Assembly: GCA_951828515.1 (NCBI GenBank)
Contig: OX639992.1
Coordinates: forward strand, 1,352,439-1,416,438
Length of the DNA stretch: 64,000 nucleotides
Source: an uncultured Poribacteria bacterium
Lineage (GTDB): Bacteria; Poribacteria; WGA-4E; WGA-3G
Direction: 5' to 3'
Below the pieces are notes generated by a model. It worked only from the letters and a program-made list of their open reading frames with translations, was not told the origin of the DNA and ran no database searches. The first letter of the stretch is position 1. Each line of letters starts with the position of its first letter. Shown piece after piece: positions 19,399 to 29,082 of this stretch. The position numbers were made by a program, and so were the translations under genes.

Positions 19399-19823
19399 AT
19401 GACCAAGGTGCCTTATTGACACAACTCGACTTGGCGGTCTTGCTCAACGTCTGTGACGCTGTCGTCAGCGATTACGTCAATGAGTGGCAAAGAGCGAGTG
19501 GAGAAATCTTACCCACGCGGGGCAATATCCATGACTTATCGGGGGCCATTACCCACAAGAAAGAGATCATAACGCTCTATCTTCAAGGGTATCTTACCCC
19601 GACTATTGCTGCCAAGACCAAGCACTCCAAGGAGGCCGTTGACCGATACATCCGAGATTATGAGTCCGTCAAAGTCGTTCGTGCGGCAACTGCCGATATT
19701 GACAACATCTCACAGATTACACGACTTTCGAGACGTGTTATCTCGCAATATCTCGACCTAATTCCACAGCATCAACTCCAAACCATCGATGCAAACTTAG
19801 CAAAACAGGAGGAGTCCACTTGA
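19398..19823 (+). pseudogene. N-terminally truncated DUF1670 protein
   Basis: YDQGALLTQLDLAVLL, LPTRGNIHD, THKKEII.LYLQG, HSKEAVDRYI. Begins exactly at the IS982 end. Confidence 0.7.
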
Positions 19824-19831
19824 AAATAGGG

Positions 19832-19860
19832 TTGACACCCCTTACCGATATTGCTATACT
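19832..19860 (+). promoter_or_regulatory. Sigma70-like promoter with no sense gene downstream
   Basis: TTGACA-17-TATACT with TG extension. Confidence 0.55.
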
Positions 19861-19958
19861 TCAGACAAATGTGCCCTCAAGCACATCATTCCACTCATCA
19901 GCGATCACTGGGAAGCTAATAAACATCAGCATCCCAGCGATCATGCGGTCATTTGATA

Positions 19959-22871
19959 CTATTTCAAAATAACCATCTTTCGCATCAGCGACACACCCTC
20001 CGCCCGCAGTTGATAGAAATAGATACCACTCGATACCTTTTCACCGATATTATTTCTGCCATCCCAATACGCCGCACGTGTCCGGGTCGTGTAATAGCCC
20101 TCACGCTGATGACCGAGCTCAAGCCGGTGGACAACACTTCCCCGCATATCATAGATGGTTATCACGACCTGACTTGGGTTTGACAGACGATAGGGTATCC
20201 ACGTCTCAGGGTTAAAGGGATTGGGATAATTCGCCAGCAATTGGGTTGTTTCTGGACGCATGGATGCTACCAGTCGTTCCAATAACGCAATCGTCTGCTG
20301 ATATTTCAGCGAACCATCACTTTCTAAACGCACTGCATCAAGCGTTTCTATGAACAGATGTGCGTCTAAACTTTCAACTTCCTCTTGGGAAAATTCGAGG
20401 AGTATATCCGTTTGTGAAGGGGCTCCGGCTTCATCCACAGCAGCATCGATGACAAGGATTATATCACTTTTATCAACGTTGTCATCTTTATTAACATCTG
20501 TGCGTGAATTGGTTATTCCTGTCCCGGTTTGACCAAGCGCGAGTGTGACGAGTCTCACATCCTCAAGATCAACATCTCCATCCTCATCAATATCATAGGG
20601 TAGTATTTTAATGACGGAAACGCGTTCATCTTCATTGTTAAGAAATTGGGAAGTGTTTAGATTGCCTGCTATATCAGTGAAACTACCATAATCAGTACCG
20701 AAGTAGATCGATCCATTAACTTCCCAATAGCCATCAGTAGGCGTAACTGTTACGGTATAGACAGTATCGCTTATAGCAGTCGCACTGTAACTTACATCGG
20801 AGAAATAGTTGATTGTACCGCCAGCTGGATGAATGTAAAAACACTCCAACCCGTTAAATCCATGTACCTTCTCAGAGAACGTGGCTGTAACACCAAAAGC
20901 ACCCTTTTGTTCTCCTGAAGGCACCTGCAAGTTTGAAATGCTTGGCACAACAATATCTGCAGTCACAACGAGTGGTGTAGCAGCCGTATTTCCGTTTCTT
21001 GCCTGATCAGATACCTGATCCGCATCATAGTTGATCGTTACAGTCTCAGCTGTAGCGCGTATCATATGAGTGTAACTATTATCTTCTCCCGACTCATTAT
21101 AGTGTAGGATATCGCCCCCAGTGACTGTCAACCCATAAGGGTGAGAGAATGGAGGAAGAATGTAAGTCGCTGCAGTTTCCGTTACACTCGTGTAAATACG
21201 TACGGCTTTACTAAAAATAACATTTACTTTAAATATACGAGGGTGCGTTCCTTGGATCGATGTTTGAAGCGTTACACTCGGCGGATCGAGATCCGCTTTA
21301 ATCGTCTGTTGTGTAGCTGCTGTGTTATCGTTATTTGCAGCATCCTTTGCGACATTCGCTGGCACATCAATGATGACTGTGCCAGTGGTTGTGGGTGTAA
21401 TAATCGCCGTAAAGATTGTGTTATCCGTCGTAGAGAACGCTGTAATGCTTGCCGTCGCCGTGCCTGAAAGATTTACCTCGCTTTGTTCAAAATCTGATAC
21501 CGACTCTGAGAATGTGATCGTGGCATCAAACGCGCCATTCTGATCTCCCAATGGCACTGTGATAACAACACTCGGCGGATCCATATCCACATTAACCGTC
21601 TGTTGAGTAGCCGCCGTGTTATTATTGTTATTGGCATCTGTTGCGACATTCGCTGGCACATCAATGATGACTGTACCACTGGTTGTAGGTGTAATGGTTG
21701 CCGTAAAGACTGTGTTATCCGTCGTAGAGAACACTGTAATGCTTGCCGTCGCCGTGCCTAAAAGACTTATATCTGACTGCTCAAAGCCTGATACCGACTC
21801 TGAGAATGTGATCGTTATATCAAACGCATCATTCTGTGAGGTCGTTGGTCCGGCAATCTCTACACTCGGCGTACCTGTATCAACGTTGACCGTCTGCTGA
21901 GATGACGCGACATTACTGTTATTTGCAGCATTAGTTGCGATGCCGGCAGGCACATCAATAATGACCGTTCCAGACGTTGTGGGGGTGATGGTTGCTGTAA
22001 AGACTGTGTTATCCGTCGTAGAGAACGCTGTAATGCTTGCCGTCGCCGTGCCTGAAAGACTTATATCTGACTGCTCAAAGCCTGATACCGACTCTGAGAA
22101 TGTGATCGTTATATCAAACGCATCATTCTGTGAGGTCGTTGGTCCGGCAATCTCTACACTCGGAGGTTGAAGAACTACCCTGACTCTTTCGCGAAGAACA
22201 CTTTCATTCCCATTCCCTGCGGCATCAGTCGCTACATTATTATCTAAGTCAAAGGCAAAACTTGTCCGAGTATCGCCAAGTACGGTATATGTGATCTGTG
22301 CTGTATAGGTAGTTAAATCATCGCTTATCTGCCATTGTGTTATACTCAACGTGGTTGAGCTTTCAAAGTAATCTACATCAAATTCTTCCTGCTCAAATCC
22401 AACGACTGGTTCGGAAAAGGTAACGGTCACCTCAAAAGTCCCAGTATAAACCGTCAAATCCTCAGTTGGCACAGTAATAGTTACTGTGGGACGATCCATA
22501 TCCACATTAACCGTCTGTTGTGTAGCTGCTGTGTTATCGTTATTTGCAACATCGCTCGCAACGCCTGCCGGCACATTAATGATGACTGTGCCACTGGTCG
22601 TGGGCGTTATAGTTGCCTTGAAGATAATGTTATCCGTCGTAGCGAATGCTGTAATGCTCGCCTTCGCTGTCCCTGAAAGGCTTATATCTGACTGCTCAAA
22701 GTCTGATACTTCCGCAGAGAATGTGATCGTGGCATCAAACGCACCATTGTAATTTCCCAATGGCACTGTGATAACAACTGTTGGTCCGGCTTCGTTGCCG
22801 ACAACAGAGGCAATAAAACCTATGCTATTTAATAACACAAGTAGTGTGAGGATAAATGAACATCTTTTCAT
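19959..22871 (-). CDS. Secreted Ig-like repeat protein with dockerin/EF-hand-like and FlgD/T9SS-like C-terminal domain
   Basis: Signal peptide, repeated ITFSESVSGFEQSDI...FTATITPTTSGTV units, DIDEDGDVD and DVNKDDNVD, LLANYPNPFNPETWIPY, SGIYFYQL. Confidence 0.85.
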   Translation of the reverse strand: MKRCSFILTLLVLLNSIGFIASVVGNEAGPTVVITVPLGNYNGAFDATITFSAEVSDFEQSDISLSGTAKASITAFATTDNIIFKATITPTTSGTVIINVPAGVASDVANNDNTAATQQTVNVDMDRPTVTITVPTEDLTVYTGTFEVTVTFSEPVVGFEQEEFDVDYFESSTTLSITQWQISDDLTTYTAQITYTVLGDTRTSFAFDLDNNVATDAAGNGNESVLRERVRVVLQPPSVEIAGPTTSQNDAFDITITFSESVSGFEQSDISLSGTATASITAFSTTDNTVFTATITPTTSGTVIIDVPAGIATNAANNSNVASSQQTVNVDTGTPSVEIAGPTTSQNDAFDITITFSESVSGFEQSDISLLGTATASITVFSTTDNTVFTATITPTTSGTVIIDVPANVATDANNNNNTAATQQTVNVDMDPPSVVITVPLGDQNGAFDATITFSESVSDFEQSEVNLSGTATASITAFSTTDNTIFTAIITPTTTGTVIIDVPANVAKDAANNDNTAATQQTIKADLDPPSVTLQTSIQGTHPRIFKVNVIFSKAVRIYTSVTETAATYILPPFSHPYGLTVTGGDILHYNESGEDNSYTHMIRATAETVTINYDADQVSDQARNGNTAATPLVVTADIVVPSISNLQVPSGEQKGAFGVTATFSEKVHGFNGLECFYIHPAGGTINYFSDVSYSATAISDTVYTVTVTPTDGYWEVNGSIYFGTDYGSFTDIAGNLNTSQFLNNEDERVSVIKILPYDIDEDGDVDLEDVRLVTLALGQTGTGITNSRTDVNKDDNVDKSDIILVIDAAVDEAGAPSQTDILLEFSQEEVESLDAHLFIETLDAVRLESDGSLKYQQTIALLERLVASMRPETTQLLANYPNPFNPETWIPYRLSNPSQVVITIYDMRGSVVHRLELGHQREGYYTTRTRAAYWDGRNNIGEKVSSGIYFYQLRAEGVSLMRKMVILK

Positions 22872-23133
22872 AATTGCCTACCTTTATAATCAAAGTTTGA
22901 TGCTATAGAGATCCTAAGTTACCAATATTAATCCCTATCCAGTGGATATGCAAACACACCACCAAAAGGTGGCGTTGGATATTCTCACCAATTGGTGTAG
23001 AAATTCTAATATTTATGCAGTTTTTTGCTTAAGTTGCCATTTTAGCGAAAAACGCAGCTTAACCCATCATAAACCTTATTAGGTCAATATAATTAATATT
23101 AAAAAAAATAAAAATATTGATCTATTGAGATAA

Positions 23134-23162
23134 ATTATACCGTAGTAGCCTTAAAATGTCAA
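23134..23162 (-). promoter_or_regulatory. Promoter for the Ig-repeat gene, abutting IS982
   Basis: Minus strand TTGACA-17-TATAAT consensus. Confidence 0.65.
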
Positions 23163-23166
23163 GTTT

Positions 23167-24188
23167 AAACGTGAGTTTGATAAATAATTGAAAGTTTTTG
23201 TATAAAGAGAACCCCTTTGGTATAATGAAGTTATCAACAATCTTCAGTTTCCAAAAGGAGTTCTCTGATGAATATCATAACACTTTTCTGTAATATAGAC
23301 GACTTTTTTCTGGCTTACGAGAAATGGCAGGCGACGCATTGTCTGCCAGAGACAACAACACCGGAAACACGCGGGTGTCCTCGGAAACTGCATCATAGTG
23401 AAGTGATGACCCTCCTCATCGCCTTCCATCAAAGTGGGTATCGGACGTTCAAGCACTTTTACGAAAGACACGTCTGCGTCTATTGGCGTGCGGAGTTTCC
23501 GCATCTCGTCAGTTATAGTCGCTTCGTGCAGCTGAAAAAAGAAGTCCTGACGGTCTTGACATTTTATCTTTCAGCAAACCTCGGGGAATGCAGCGGTATC
23601 TCTTTCATTGATTCAACACGTCTACGGGTCTGCGACAACAAGCGGATTTCATCGCATCGCGTTTTTGCTGAGGAAGCCGGATTGTCGAAAACATCTATGG
23701 GGTGGTTCTATGGTTTTAAGCTTCACCTGTTGATCAATGATGAAGCCGCAATCTTAGATGTCGCCTTGACGACCGGTAATACAGATGACCGTAAACCCTT
23801 GCCAAAGTTTGCCGCAGGTCTTCACGGGAGTCTTTTCGGGGATAGGGGGTATATCTCGAAAGACCTTCGGGAGTTCCTCCGTGAGCAAGGTGTGAACTTG
23901 GTCTACAAAGTTCGCAAAAACATGGATCCGTTGGATTTATCGGTTTCCGATGAAGTGCTGCTGAAAAAACGGATAATTATTGAATCCGTGATCAGAGAGT
24001 TGAAAACGCAGACGCAAGTAGAGCACTCTCGACATAGAAGTTTCGTCAACTTTCGAGTGAATGTCGTCTCTGCTTTGATTGCTTATCAACTTTTAGAGAG
24101 CAAACCTTCGCTGAACATTTCTCAACATCAGGAAATCAACGATTTACCAACGCTCTATAACCCATAAACTTTTTTCAAACTCACGTTT
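23167..24188 (+). mobile_element. IS982-family insertion sequence
   Basis: TIR AAACGTGAGTTTGA / TCAAACTCACGTTT around the transposase. Confidence 0.88.
23268..24167 (+). CDS. IS982 family transposase
   Basis: FIDST, GWFYGFKLHL, GDRGYIS, KKRIIIESV, EHSRHRS. Confidence 0.93.
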   Translation: MNIITLFCNIDDFFLAYEKWQATHCLPETTTPETRGCPRKLHHSEVMTLLIAFHQSGYRTFKHFYERHVCVYWRAEFPHLVSYSRFVQLKKEVLTVLTFYLSANLGECSGISFIDSTRLRVCDNKRISSHRVFAEEAGLSKTSMGWFYGFKLHLLINDEAAILDVALTTGNTDDRKPLPKFAAGLHGSLFGDRGYISKDLREFLREQGVNLVYKVRKNMDPLDLSVSDEVLLKKRIIIESVIRELKTQTQVEHSRHRSFVNFRVNVVSALIAYQLLESKPSLNISQHQEINDLPTLYNP

Positions 24189-24520
24189 GTATATAGTGTA
24201 GCCGTGTTGACGCTGTTTGTCAAGGGAAAAAGCAACAATTATCACGGTTTATCAGGATTCGCGGGTTCTTCTATCGGAGGTGTTTATACCGAGTTGGCGG
24301 CGCACCCCGTCTTTTCTTTGTTAAGGGTGAGTAGCATGTAGTGGGTCTTTTCCTGCTCCGCTACCAAGCGTTCTGCAGTGGGATCGTCAGGGTGAGGCTT
24401 CTCCGGTTTGTGAAATCAGGGAGGGACACATCACAGGGGCGTGATCTTGAGGGGAAACCTGTAGGACATTCTTGCAAGTTTTTTTCGCAGAACGCCACAG
24501 AAAACTCTAACCTAATTGCG

Positions 24521-25372
24521 TTAGAATCTACGGCGTTTGATTTCACCCCAAGTGGTGGATACTTTGTCTTGAGGGTTCACTGGCATAGCGTCAAGGAAAT
24601 CGGTAAGCCCATCGTTGTAAAGTCCTTTGATCTCGTAAGAACTGAATCCAGTTTCAAAAGCTGCAACATCGTCAACAAGGACATTACCTGTGAAATTAAC
24701 ACCAGATGCCGCACCAAATATTCCAAGACACATGTAATTTCCCAAGAATTCAGGAAATTTTGTTGTTTGGTGTGATGCAACACTACTTCCATCAATATAG
24801 AGCGAGATTGTATTAGCATATCTTGCAACAGCGATATGATGCCATCTATTATTGGCAATGTCCTGCTCTGTGGAAGAAACACTAATAGTTTCTCCATTGA
24901 TAAAGAAGTTATGGTGACCAAAAAGCACATTGCCATCGGGCACGACACTCATACCTATTGCACTGATAACAATCGCATCATTATCCGTTAGGATAAAACC
25001 TTGCATCATTAAATTAAGATAACCCTCATTTAACTGTTTCTGAAGTTTCACCCAAGCGACCATCGAATACTCATCACTTGGAAAAATCGGAATCCTAAAT
25101 GTTGGGGCACAAAAATTATCTTGTGATTTTAAAAGAAGGGCTTTCCCATATTTGCCAGAATCTGTTAGGCTCGCATCCTCTGAGAGATTGCCCTTGACTT
25201 TGTAGATTCCGCTATCAGGCGTGTAGGTCGTACCATTTTCTCTCTGCTCCGTAGATTCAAAGTGGTAGATGCCGATCACATGGTTGTGCGTGGCATCAGT
25301 GTCTAAACCAGCATCTGCTAAACCTGTAAACATTAGAACTGTCAACATAACAACTAAACATCGTAGAAACAT
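24521..25372 (-). CDS. Secreted LamG/ConA-like domain protein
   Basis: Signal peptide, GKYGKAL, RWHHIAV, LYIDG, C-terminal MPVNPQDKVSTTWGEIK. Confidence 0.85.
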   Translation of the reverse strand: MFLRCLVVMLTVLMFTGLADAGLDTDATHNHVIGIYHFESTEQRENGTTYTPDSGIYKVKGNLSEDASLTDSGKYGKALLLKSQDNFCAPTFRIPIFPSDEYSMVAWVKLQKQLNEGYLNLMMQGFILTDNDAIVISAIGMSVVPDGNVLFGHHNFFINGETISVSSTEQDIANNRWHHIAVARYANTISLYIDGSSVASHQTTKFPEFLGNYMCLGIFGAASGVNFTGNVLVDDVAAFETGFSSYEIKGLYNDGLTDFLDAMPVNPQDKVSTTWGEIKRRRF

Positions 25373-25603
25373 AAAAATATCCTTTTAAAAACAGTGTAAT
25401 TTTGCGTGATAGGCACTATAGCGGATTTCTTAATAAAAGACAAGTTGTAAATTTTTGACGGCAACCTCTGTAGCTCGAAAGGAGCTGTGCGTTTGGGTTG
25501 TGTCAAACGCCTATAGGAACAGAGCAAGGGTTTGGCATTCGGGTAGGTTACCCCAAGGGGCGGGGGTATCGAGGGGCTTATAGGCGATTCTCGCGGCATC
25601 TTG

Positions 25604-25897
25604 TTAGTAACGACGCGGTGCTGGAAGTTTACCTTTCTCGTATAAGAACGTTATGGGTATTTCAATTCTTTGTCGGACCGGTTTTTCGCCCTGCATTGCA
25701 GGATAGAAAGTCGTTTTCTGAATTGCCTCAATAGCAGCTGCCTCAAGTCCATATCCGAGATGCGTCATTGGTTTGATGTCTTTTGGCATACCGTTTTCGT
25801 CAACGATGAGGTGAAGAAGAACCTTGCCGCCTGTTTTCGTCAACCTTGCTTCTTCTGGATACACCGGTTCGACTCTCGACTTATACTGCACGGGCAT
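25604..25897 (-). CDS. TonB C-terminal domain protein (no TM anchor in this ORF)
   Basis: EPVYPEEAR...GKVLL..IVDENG, GLEAAAIEA, FYPAMQGEKPV. Confidence 0.8.
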   Translation of the reverse strand: MPVQYKSRVEPVYPEEARLTKTGGKVLLHLIVDENGMPKDIKPMTHLGYGLEAAAIEAIQKTTFYPAMQGEKPVRQRIEIPITFLYEKGKLPAPRRY

Positions 25898-25948
25898 CGT
25901 CGGTATATCATCAATTTCAATCGCATCCAGCGATTTATGATCATCTGC

Positions 25949-26131
25949 TCATGGCGCGTGATTGCCAATTTCGAAAAGTTTTCTGTCAAATTGAGCCCGC
26001 ATTTCCTCTTTAGAACCGGGCATTATTTTTATGACATGCCCGTTGTTCATTGCTCTTAACTGGTGTTCTCGCCTCTCTAAAGCTCGCTCATCCTCAGATA
26101 TTTCGGGTTCATTCCACCATTCTGTGTGCAT
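25949..26131 (-). CDS. Small hypothetical protein 'MHTEWWNE' (in frame with the downstream TonB-C ORF)
   Basis: AGGAG SD and a second copy of its 5' end at 18710-18775. Confidence 0.6.
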   Translation of the reverse strand: MHTEWWNEPEISEDERALERREHQLRAMNNGHVIKIMPGSKEEMRAQFDRKLFEIGNHAP

Positions 26132-26227
26132 TAATGAATCTCCTTTCTGAAAAACTAAAAAGTACTAAACTTACTGATTATTCATTGTTGTCCAGAGGTC
26201 TTGTGCCCTTCCTATTGATACCCGCAA

Positions 26228-26587
26228 CTATTGAGACACTGCTTTGGGAGTGTCCTGCCTGGTCTGTGGTGCTTTAGGTTGTGCTTTCACTAATGCGAAA
26301 ATAGAGATGATGAACGCACCAATAGCGCAGATGGTAACAAGCCAGTCTCTTAAGACACCAAAGCCGATGCTGCGTCCTCGTAGTTCCGCAACACCTGTTT
26401 CGACTGTCCGGAGGTGTGTATCAATCGCGTCAACTTTTGAGTCAACTTTCTCTATACGTGACGTTAAGGCGGTTTCTGACTCTTTGACGATCTGTCGTAT
26501 CTTTTCCAAGTCTTGAGTGGTCAACTCACCAAGCGCTGGTAAAGCGATCGCACAAAAGAGTATCAAGAGCGCGAGTATCGTTTTCAT
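26228..26587 (-). CDS. Small signal-peptide + coiled-coil + C-terminal TM protein
   Basis: MKTILALLILFCAIALPALGELTTQDLEKIRQIV...WLVTICAIGAFIISIFALV. Promoter TTGCAA-17-TATACT near 26691-26719. Confidence 0.75.
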   Translation of the reverse strand: MKTILALLILFCAIALPALGELTTQDLEKIRQIVKESETALTSRIEKVDSKVDAIDTHLRTVETGVAELRGRSIGFGVLRDWLVTICAIGAFIISIFALVKAQPKAPQTRQDTPKAVSQ

Positions 26588-26790
26588 CAGATGTTCCAGT
26601 CCCAGTCTATTTATCCCCCAGCCACGGTGGGTGGGTGGCAGAAACAGATAGGATTCTGTTCGTAGCTGTGCCACCCAAACTGGTTTGAATAGTATAACAG
26701 AAAAGAAAGGAAATTGCAAATTCTCCAGGCGGGTCTAAAACCCCTATTTTTTTATTTGTCAGAAGGATTTGAATTCAAACAGGCTCAGTT

Positions 26791-29064
26791 CTACCAATCA
26801 TCATCCCCGTTACCCCTTCTCACCAAAGGACTCTGAAACGCTGCCGATTGGGGTGTGACCGGTTTCTGTTGCTCGCGTTCCTTCTGCTTTTTATTGAAGT
26901 CCTCTTGTGCGATTTCGCTTTCTACACGCATCGTCGCCATGTCGATTTCAACATCTTTGAAAGGGTTCAGATCCCAGAGGAGAATGGAGCCATCAAAACT
27001 CGCACTCGCCAAAAGTTCGTTGTTCGGTGAAAAAGCGAGTCCCTGCACGTCTGTTGGATGTCCCCAAAATGTGGCACTGTGCTTGCCTGTCTCAACCTCC
27101 CACACATGGATAGGGACCTTCTCAAAACCTCGTTCCCATGCCGCACCGAATGCAAGGTACCTACTGCAAGATGAAAACGTTAACGCATGTGTCTCTTGAC
27201 ATCCCGTCGGTAGCGGTAGCCATCTGTAGGTTTCACGACGTTTGAGGTCCCACAATAGAATCCCTTCTGGATCTTCTCCACCGCATGCCAAATACGAACC
27301 ACACGGAGAATAAGCGAATACGGATGCATGCCGAAAGGGTAGAGTTGTCAGGATTTCGCGACGCTTGACATCCCACAAGCAGATAGCCTCTCCATACCGC
27401 AGCTTTTCGGTTCTTGCCTCGCTGCAAACGAGATACGAACTGCACGGAGAAAACCCCCGATTATCCCAGAGTCCCATAATTCCACCAATTTCATCACTTG
27501 GAAACTCGCGGATTTCTTCGTCGCGCTCTACATCCCAGAGTCGAGCGGACGGACAGTGATCCGTTTCACTGATCAGTAACTTCCCGTCTGGACTGAATTC
27601 CAACGTCGCCATCTCAGCATCTGGGAACCGCTCGTGTCGGTGTGTGAATTGGCAGATTTTTTCCATGCTCCCCAGATCCCAGACGATCAATATACCTTTT
27701 TCGTCCAAAGATGCCAGTCGATTGACTTGCGGCGCAAACGTTGCGCGGATCCATTTTCTGTCATGCTCTGTGAACTCTGCGATCAGCACCGCTTTATCCG
27801 CAATCTCCCATAGCCTGACGGTGTCGTTGTCAAGACTGACAATGTGCGGCTTTCCGCTGGAATCAGGAAAGAAAAACTGTCGTGTTCCGATCGGTTCTGA
27901 TTCGACTGCTCGGTTTAAATGCCTACTTGCTAAATCCCAGAAGAGAACATCACCATGCGAATACAACCGACGCCCTTCCCGGTACTCAGCAACCACTGTC
28001 TTTCCATCAGATGAAAACTCGACTGTATTCGGAAATGAGATTGGCTGATAGTTTGATGTATACGCGTGCGGTTTTCCGATATGCCAGACCTTAATGCCGC
28101 CATCTCCAGATGCGTGCACTAACCGTGAACCACCTGAGAAATCTACTATTGCATGTTCTCCTATGTTTTCTTCAGTCGCATAAAGTTTCTCTTTATCTTC
28201 CAAGTTCCACACCGTGATAATAGCAGTATCTTTGAACACTCCGTCATAAGAGATCGCTGTTGCGCGGAGGACACCTTCTGGTGAGTAGGCGGGAATCATG
28301 CAAGCAGAGCCATAACCTATATACTCCGCTACCTGTTGCCAATTAACCGTATCCCAGACGCAGACCCTACCATCTTTTCTTCCACCGGAGGCAAGAAAAC
28401 GACCACACGGTGAAAAGCAGAGACTATAGATAGAACTCGTGTGTCCTGTGAAACGGGCAATCTGTTCCCCTTGTTCCACACTCCACAGCAACACCGACTC
28501 GCCGTTGCTAACTCCATCGTCGCGCCCCGTAGATGCAATCAGGTGCGTGTCAGGTGAGAAGGCAATCGGCATGAAACGACCGCCTTTTTCGGCTTCACCG
28601 GTGAATTTTGTGAGTCTCTCGCCTGTTTCCGGGTGCCAGACGTTGATAGTAGCCGTTTCACTGTGGCTCGTAGCGAACCACCGACTGTCCGGTGAAAACG
28701 CCAATGTTGAAGGGGAAACCTCTGTTGTTATCTCCGTGAGGCACGTCCCGCGATGAGTATCCCATACCTTTATGGTGTCGTCCCAATCGCTGGTGGCTAT
28801 CCACTTCCCATTCGGCGAAAAAGTGGCTCTCCATGCCCCACGTTTCGTTCCTGATAATGCGACAGGCGACCTTGTTGCCACGTCATACAAATAGAGTCCT
28901 ACCCTTGTTCCGATGGCGAGGTAGTTGCCATCTGCGGAAAATGTCAGCGTCTCCACAAGACCTTGTCCCAATCGGGCGATTGCGCCTTCGGGGAGTGCCC
29001 AGGTCGTCGTATCATCTGTATCTACACGCATCGATACAGGCGTTCCTAAATCTTTACATGCCAT
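26791..29064 (-). CDS. WD40-repeat protein
   Basis: TTWALPEGAIARLGQG, many FSP/WD repeats, TFWGHPTDVQ. Confidence 0.9.
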   Translation of the reverse strand: MACKDLGTPVSMRVDTDDTTTWALPEGAIARLGQGLVETLTFSADGNYLAIGTRVGLYLYDVATRSPVALSGTKRGAWRATFSPNGKWIATSDWDDTIKVWDTHRGTCLTEITTEVSPSTLAFSPDSRWFATSHSETATINVWHPETGERLTKFTGEAEKGGRFMPIAFSPDTHLIASTGRDDGVSNGESVLLWSVEQGEQIARFTGHTSSIYSLCFSPCGRFLASGGRKDGRVCVWDTVNWQQVAEYIGYGSACMIPAYSPEGVLRATAISYDGVFKDTAIITVWNLEDKEKLYATEENIGEHAIVDFSGGSRLVHASGDGGIKVWHIGKPHAYTSNYQPISFPNTVEFSSDGKTVVAEYREGRRLYSHGDVLFWDLASRHLNRAVESEPIGTRQFFFPDSSGKPHIVSLDNDTVRLWEIADKAVLIAEFTEHDRKWIRATFAPQVNRLASLDEKGILIVWDLGSMEKICQFTHRHERFPDAEMATLEFSPDGKLLISETDHCPSARLWDVERDEEIREFPSDEIGGIMGLWDNRGFSPCSSYLVCSEARTEKLRYGEAICLWDVKRREILTTLPFRHASVFAYSPCGSYLACGGEDPEGILLWDLKRRETYRWLPLPTGCQETHALTFSSCSRYLAFGAAWERGFEKVPIHVWEVETGKHSATFWGHPTDVQGLAFSPNNELLASASFDGSILLWDLNPFKDVEIDMATMRVESEIAQEDFNKKQKEREQQKPVTPQSAAFQSPLVRRGNGDDDW

Positions 29065-29082
29065 CAAAATATTCCTTGCACT

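Noticed and set aside
24240-24520. GC-rich intergenic stretch, possible riboswitch or ncRNA
   Set aside because: No recognisable aptamer motif, and it does not lie directly 5' of a gene. It needs an Rfam scan.
25949-25951. Selenocysteine at the in-frame TGA
   Set aside because: No redox-motif context and no evident SECIS hairpin right after the codon.
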